Source of the DNA: Actinomycetota bacterium
GTDB lineage: Bacteria > Actinomycetota > Geothermincolia > Geothermincolales > RBG-13-55-18
NCBI GenBank assembly: GCA_014360685.1
Contig: JACIXB010000016.1
Location: forward strand, 124,263 to 188,262
Direction: 5' to 3'
DNA length: 64,000 bases
Below the pieces are notes generated by a model. That model had not been told where the DNA came from and made no database searches. It was given only the letters and a program-made list of their open reading frames with translations. The position numbers were made by a program, and so were the translations under genes. Below, piece by piece: positions 59,357-64,000 of this stretch. How positions within the stretch are numbered: the stretch's first letter is position 1; each line of letters starts with the position of its first letter.

Positions 59357-59839
59357 CTCCCTCTCCTTTCTCCGCCGACTATTAACCGTAACTTAACATT
59401 TCGTTATGCATAAGATAACCCGGGAGGGTGTGGAGGTCAACCGGCGCTTGCCTCGGGCTTCGAGGTCCCGCCGGGCTTCCTCCGGCCTCGGGGGATCGTT
59501 TGCCGTTGCCCGGGGCAGGCGGGAGCCCATGTTTTCCGCTTTCTGATCCGCCGGGCTTCTCCACGCCTCGATGGTCCATGGCCGCTCCCGTGGGATCCGG
59601 GGCCCGTTCTCCCGATGGACACGGCGCCGGGAAGTGGTCTCCCCGGGGCGTTTTCGTGGTCCGAGACGGTTTTCTGCCGGGATATGGCGCCCGCCGCTTC
59701 TCGCGTTCCTACTCCCATGGGCGGGCCAGGGGGCAAGGGGGAATCACCGCCCGTGTTCCAACCGCCGGAAAGCCCGTTCCTGGGTTATACTCTGGCTGGA
59801 GGTACACGGTAGGGGGAGCGAAGAGAAAGGAGTGGAGGC

Positions 59840-60274
59840 ATGCGCTATTACCAGGATTTCCAGGTGGGCGAGAAGTTCGTGAGCCGGGGACGGACCATAA
59901 CCGAGGCGGACATCGTCATGTTCGCCGCCTTCAGCGGAGACTGGTATCCGCTGCACGTGGACCGCGAGTATGCGGCCAGGAGCCCCTTCGGGGAGAGGAT
60001 CGCCCACGGCATGCTGGTTCTCTCCGCGGCCAGCGGGCTCATGCCGCTCACGGAATGGGCCATCGTCGCCTTCTACGGCATGGACCGGGTTCGCTTCGTG
60101 GCGCCCACCAAGATCGGGGATACCATACACGTGGAGGCCGAGGTGACCGATAAGAGGGACAAGGGAGAGGCTGGAGGGGTGGTCTCCTTCCGCCAGGTGG
60201 TGAAAAACCAGAGGGGGGAGGACCTGGCGGTGGCGGACTTCAAGATCTTTATGGCCGCGCGCAAGGATAAGTGA
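59840..60274 (+). CDS. MaoC-family dehydratase
   Basis: 144 aa with ...TITEADIVMFAAFSGDWYPLHVDREYAARSPFGERIAHGMLVLS... GAAAGGAG precedes the ATG. Confidence 0.85.
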   Translation: MRYYQDFQVGEKFVSRGRTITEADIVMFAAFSGDWYPLHVDREYAARSPFGERIAHGMLVLSAASGLMPLTEWAIVAFYGMDRVRFVAPTKIGDTIHVEAEVTDKRDKGEAGGVVSFRQVVKNQRGEDLAVADFKIFMAARKDK

Positions 60275-60834
60275 GACTGGAGGACCTCCTGGAAGGCGGC
60301 GCCCTGAGCGAGGAAGACCGCCGCCTGGCGGAAAGCCAACTCGGGCGCCGGTTGAGGGGCGAGGTGAGGGTGGCCTCGCGGTGCCCGCATGGCAAGGTGC
60401 AGGTCATCGCCACCTCCCCCCTGCTGGACGACGGCACTCCCTTCCCCACCCTCTTTTGGCTCACCTGCCCCCTCCTGCAGCGGGAGGTCTCGCGGCTGGA
60501 GAACGGCGACTTCCGGGATAGGCTCCGGGAGCGCCTGTCCGCCGAGCGGCGCTTGGCCTCCGCCCTCCAGTCGGCGGAGGATGATTACCGGAGCCTGCGG
60601 CAGGAGTGGGCGGAGCGCCTGGGTTGCGGGGAAAAGGTGAGGGACCTTTTCTCCTCCCGCGCGGGCATTGGAGGCACGGTGGCCGGTGGGCTGAAATGCC
60701 TGCACGCCCACCTGGCGCATTATCTCGCCGGGGGCGACAACCCGGTAGGCGCCATGGTGCACGCGGAGTTGGGGGACCCGCAGGGGCGGGAGTGCCCCGG
60801 GGATTGCCGGCCCTTTCTGGGGAGGAGGAGATGA
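60271..60834 (+). CDS. DUF501-domain protein
   Basis: ...CPHGKVQVIATSPLLDDGTPFPTLFWLTCPLL...GGLKCLHAHLAHYLAGG.NPVG... It sits immediately upstream of ppx as in Actinobacteria. GTGA overlap with the preceding stop. Confidence 0.8.
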   Translation: MRLEDLLEGGALSEEDRRLAESQLGRRLRGEVRVASRCPHGKVQVIATSPLLDDGTPFPTLFWLTCPLLQREVSRLENGDFRDRLRERLSAERRLASALQSAEDDYRSLRQEWAERLGCGEKVRDLFSSRAGIGGTVAGGLKCLHAHLAHYLAGGDNPVGAMVHAELGDPQGRECPGDCRPFLGRRR

Positions 60835-61784
60835 GGGCGGCCTCGGTGGACATCGGCACCAACTCGGTGCGCCTGTTGGTGGCCGAGTTGGAAGAGGCGG
60901 GAGGGAGACCGGCTCTCCGCACCCTTGTACGTCGCATGACCATAACCCGCCTGGGGCAGGGAGTGGACCGGGAGGGACGCCTGGACCCGGAAGCCGAGGC
61001 GCGGACCCTGCGCGTGCTGGCGGAATACCGCGCGCTGATCGACGCGGAGGGAGTCCAAGCCCTGGATGCGGTGGCCACCAGCGCGGTTCGGGACGCCCGC
61101 AACGCGGCCCACTTCCTGGAACGTGCGGAGGAAGTCCTGGACGCCAGGCCCCGCGTCCTCAGCGGGGAGGAGGAGGCCTTTCTCTCCTTCCTGGGGGCTA
61201 CCCACGACCTGGGAGGACCCTGGGATTCTCCCGGTCTCGTCCTGGTGGTGGACATCGGAGGGGGCTCCACGGAGTTCATTCTCGGGAGGGAGGGCCGGGT
61301 AATGTCCGCCCGAAGCATCAACGTGGGATGCGTGCGCATGGCGGAGAGGTTCCTCCTCTCCGACCCGCCCCATCCGGCGCAGCTCGCCGTGATGGAGGAA
61401 CACCTGAGGGGGGAACTGGCCCTCCTGGCCAGGGAGTGGGGGTCTCCCCACCCCGACCTGGCGGTGGGGCTGGCCGGGACGGTCACCACCCTGGCCGGCA
61501 TCCGACTGGGACTCTCCGAATACGACGGAGATGCCATACACCATACCTGGCTCGACCGCTCGGGGGTGGAGGAGGAATACCGGCGACTGGCCTCCCTTCC
61601 CCTCGAGGAGAGGAAGGACTACATGCGCCTGGAGCGGGACAGGGCGGATGTCATCGTGGGAGGATGCGCGGTGCTCAAGGCGGTGATGCGGGAATTCGCC
61701 CTGGACCGTTTGCTGGTCAGTGAAAAGGACATCCTGGACGGCCTGGTCCTCCGGATCGCCGAAAGGAAAGATTTACCAGAGTAG
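60831..61784 (+). CDS. ppx: Ppx/GppA-family exopolyphosphatase
   Basis: MRAASVDIGTNSVRLLVAE...AVATSAVRDA.N...VLSGEEEAFLSFLG...VVDIGGGSTEF... ATGA overlap with the DUF501 stop. The ORF-track start at 60606 is in another protein's C-terminus. Confidence 0.85.
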   Translation: MRAASVDIGTNSVRLLVAELEEAGGRPALRTLVRRMTITRLGQGVDREGRLDPEAEARTLRVLAEYRALIDAEGVQALDAVATSAVRDARNAAHFLERAEEVLDARPRVLSGEEEAFLSFLGATHDLGGPWDSPGLVLVVDIGGGSTEFILGREGRVMSARSINVGCVRMAERFLLSDPPHPAQLAVMEEHLRGELALLAREWGSPHPDLAVGLAGTVTTLAGIRLGLSEYDGDAIHHTWLDRSGVEEEYRRLASLPLEERKDYMRLERDRADVIVGGCAVLKAVMREFALDRLLVSEKDILDGLVLRIAERKDLPE

Positions 61785-61864
61785 CGGGGAGGGGCTCGAG
61801 ATTGTAAAATATATCAAGCCTCAAGGGGGCGATACGCTTATCGTTTCACCTGCGGGAGAGGATT

Positions 61865-62236
61865 ATGCAGGGCAAGAAGGTAATGGTGATAGACGACGAG
61901 CCGGCCATCCACAAGCTGCTCCAGACCATTCTGGAACACGAGGGGTTCCAGATCATGGGCCTGGAGGAAAGGAAGGATGCCCGGGAGACGGTGACCCGCC
62001 GGCGACCGGACGTCATCATCCTGGATATCATGATGCCCGAGGTGGACGGTTTCCAGATCCTCAAGATGCTCAAGGAGGACGAGGAGACCAGGGACATACC
62101 CGTGCTCGTGCTCACCGTGCGCAGCCTCAGGGAGGACCGGGAGAAGGCCATGGCTCTCGGCGCCGACCTCTACATGACCAAACCCTTCCAGCCCTCGGAG
62201 CTGGTGGAGGCGGTGAGGACCCTGGCCGGAGGATGA
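61865..62236 (+). CDS. stand-alone CheY-like response-regulator receiver domain
   Basis: 123 aa with KKVMVIDDE...PDVIILDIMMPEVDGFQ...PVLVLT...MTKPF.. Confidence 0.85.
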   Translation: MQGKKVMVIDDEPAIHKLLQTILEHEGFQIMGLEERKDARETVTRRRPDVIILDIMMPEVDGFQILKMLKEDEETRDIPVLVLTVRSLREDREKAMALGADLYMTKPFQPSELVEAVRTLAGG

Positions 62237-62434
62237 GGGGGCTTGGGGAGCGCCGGCGACGGCGCGCCCTCTTCGAGTGGGGTATTTGAAGTCCAAGAAC
62301 CTGCCGGTAAAGGTGGGCATATCGGCTGTCGGCGCCGGCCCTCGATCCGAGGCGCGTTTGGAAACACGCCTTTCGCTTCACGGGGGTAAGACGGGAGGAA
62401 AGGGCCGGGGATTTTCTTTTCCGGAGGCGGGGCA

Positions 62435-63618
62435 ATGAGGTTGGTCACCCTGGAAAGGGAATCCGATCCCTGCCGCTTCTACCTCCCTTTCGCGGAAGGG
62501 ATCCGGAGGCCGGCCGGCCTTGCCACGCGTTGGTTTTTCCTGGAAGGGGAGAACCGGGCGGAGATCCACTTGGGCGGGGAACGCTGCGGGGGATTTTCAC
62601 CTTCAACCTCAATTCGCTGCGTCCGCCCTCCCGGTCCGGGCCGGTCCTGGGACGCCTCCTCATCCGCTTCCCCTCCTTTTACCCGGGCATACTGCGCTTC
62701 GGGGCCGCCCACGTGGTCAATCACCCCGCGGGCCTGCGCCTCCTGCGCCGGCAGCTGCGCCGCTTTTCCGCTGTCATGCCCTCCTGCATACAGATGCAGA
62801 GCAAGTTCAACCTGGTGAGGACGGCCTGCGGGGGTCCTGGACCGGCTACTGTGCTACCAGCAGGTCTGGTCGCCCCCCACCATGTCCATCGACCTCCTGG
62901 GCGGGTTCGCTTCCCGGAACACCGACGGGGAATGGAACGATGCCCGCCAGGGGCTCGTCGCTCCCCTGCTTGTGGACCATTATCTACACACCGGGGAGAA
63001 GGAGCTGCTGGAGCGGGGCTTGGCCGCCCTGCGGGCCTGCTTCGCCACCATGTACTTGGGCCGGGAACCCTACCCCCTTATGCGCCCCTCCCTCCTGGGG
63101 GCCATAGAGGAGAACTACGCCCATTCCGGTTTCGACGGGACCACGGCGGGATGCGATGCATCCACAACGACGGGGAGCTCGTCCTTGTTGGCGTTCAGAA
63201 GGCGGTGTTTCGACGGGACCACGGCGGGATGCGATGCATCCACAACGACGGGGAGCTCGTCCTTGTAGGCGTTCAGAAGGCGGTGTTTCGACGGGACCAC
63301 GGCGGGGTACATCCACAACGACTGGGGACCGGGAACCGCCGTTTACCATACTCCAGGATTTACCAGTCCTGCGGCCAGGTCCTGGTGGACGTGGGGAGGG
63401 GGAAGGCCTAGCCGGTGGATTTCCCGGAGGCCGTGGGCTGCCGGATTGAGGGTGAGGGGGTGGAACTGGAAATACCCGTGGGACGAGGCCCCCGGGAACG
63501 GGGGATGTTCCTCAAGTTCCGCGACCCCGGGCGCCGTCACGCCCTCGTCGTCAACGGCGAGGATCGCGGTCGGTGGGATGCGGAGGCCCTTCGCCGCGGC
63601 CTGCGACTGGAGTTATGA
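62435..63618 (+). pseudogene. disrupted gene of unknown family (at least 3 frameshifts, 156-bp tandem insertion, in-frame TAG)
   Basis: High-GC3, protein-like text jumps between frames. It is in frame 2 for 62435 to about 62588, frame 1 to about 62830, and frame 2 to 63129. It resumes in frame 2 at 63286 to about 63355, then continues in frame 1 to 63618 through a TAG at 63409-63411. Confidence 0.5.
63130..63306 (+). repeat. 78-bp tandem repeat, two full copies (1 mismatch) plus a 21-nt partial third
   Basis: The unit is TTTCGACGGGACCACGGCGGGATGCGATGCATCCACAACGACGGGGAGCTCGTCCTTGT[T/A]GGCGTTCAGAAGGCGGTG at 63130-63207 and 63208-63285. 63286-63306 repeats the first 21 nt. Confidence 0.9.
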
Positions 63619-63685
63619 TCGCCGTTGCCGGGAATTCCTTCGCGGGCTTGGCGTGGATGCCCGAAGGTATAAAATAATCGCAGGT

Positions 63686-63770
63686 GCCCGGGTGGTGGAA
63701 CCGGTAGACACAAGGGACTTAAAATCCCTCGGGGAATCCCGTGCGGGTTCGACTCCCGCCCCGGGCACCA
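63686..63770 (+). tRNA. tRNA-Leu, anticodon UAA, CCA encoded
   Basis: Acceptor GCCCGGG/CCCGGGC. Anticodon stem AGGGA/TCCCT with loop CTTAAAA (anticodon at 63720-63722). Long variable arm CGGGGAATCCCGT. T-arm GCGGG-TTCGACT-CCCGC. TATAAAAT box at 63668-63675, just upstream. Confidence 0.9.
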
Positions 63771-64000
63771 CATGCTTTGCTGGGTATGGGATTTGGTGTA
63801 AGAAAGGAGCCGCGGGCCTCGGGGGGTTGCCCCTCGATGCGCCTCCTTGCCGGGATCAAGCTGCGCCGGGCACAGCTTTACCCGGGGATGGGGTGGCGGA
63901 AGGCGGCGGATTCCACCTCCCGCTTCGGGACCCCCGGGTAGGAACCCAGGCCAAGGCAGGTGGAACGCTCCCCCCGGAACCGGGTGCAAGAGGAGGTTCG

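Noticed and set aside
63686-64000. tRNA-Leu as an integration hotspot, or the start of a genomic island or prophage.
   Set aside because: No integrase, no direct repeat of the tRNA 3' end, and no compositional shift are visible in the 230 nt that remain before the window ends. This is undecidable from the window.

Overview
GC-rich bacterial chromosome segment (about two-thirds G+C by eye), almost entirely + strand, whose gene order is Actinobacteria-like. By eye I see no transposase, integrase or CRISPR array. Spurious antisense ORFs are abundant because of the GC content. Short AT-rich islands stand out against the GC background and mostly coincide with good -35/-10 or extended -10 promoter candidates.

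- **1-15.9 kb:** the conserved block tilS-hpt-ftsH-folE-folP-(cyclophilin)-folB-folK-DUF2520-panC-panD. Here nadA-nadB-nadC is inserted before coaX.
- **16.2-25.3 kb:** a complete V/A-type ATPase operon in the order G/H-like, I, K, E, C, F, A, B, D, followed by murA.
- **27-46 kb:** an accessory-looking cell-envelope island, and the most interesting part of the window.
  - A secreted S8 subtilase carries three C-terminal copies of an unassigned ~100-aa domain.
  - Three tandem ~1000-aa paralogues follow. Each has one N-terminal TM helix, then 35-40 tandem 23-26-residue helical repeats, then a short beta-like tail. I cannot place this repeat in any named family.
  - A 7TM-GAF-HisKA_3 sensor kinase and a NarL/LuxR regulator come next.
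  - A SpoIID-like protein carries four more copies of the same ~100-aa domain.
- **46.7-61.8 kb:** the actinobacterial eno/ftsB/DUF501/ppx neighbourhood, interrupted by other genes.
  - Between eno and ftsB: a TolB-like propeller, pyk and an FAD-linked oxidase.
  - Between ftsB and DUF501: an ECF sigma/anti-sigma pair, a Cys-rich secreted protein, a HadAB-like hot-dog pair, an acyl-CoA dehydrogenase and a third MaoC protein.
- **61.8-64 kb:** a CheY-like receiver, a multiply disrupted pseudogene containing a 78-bp tandem insertion, and tRNA-Leu(UAA).
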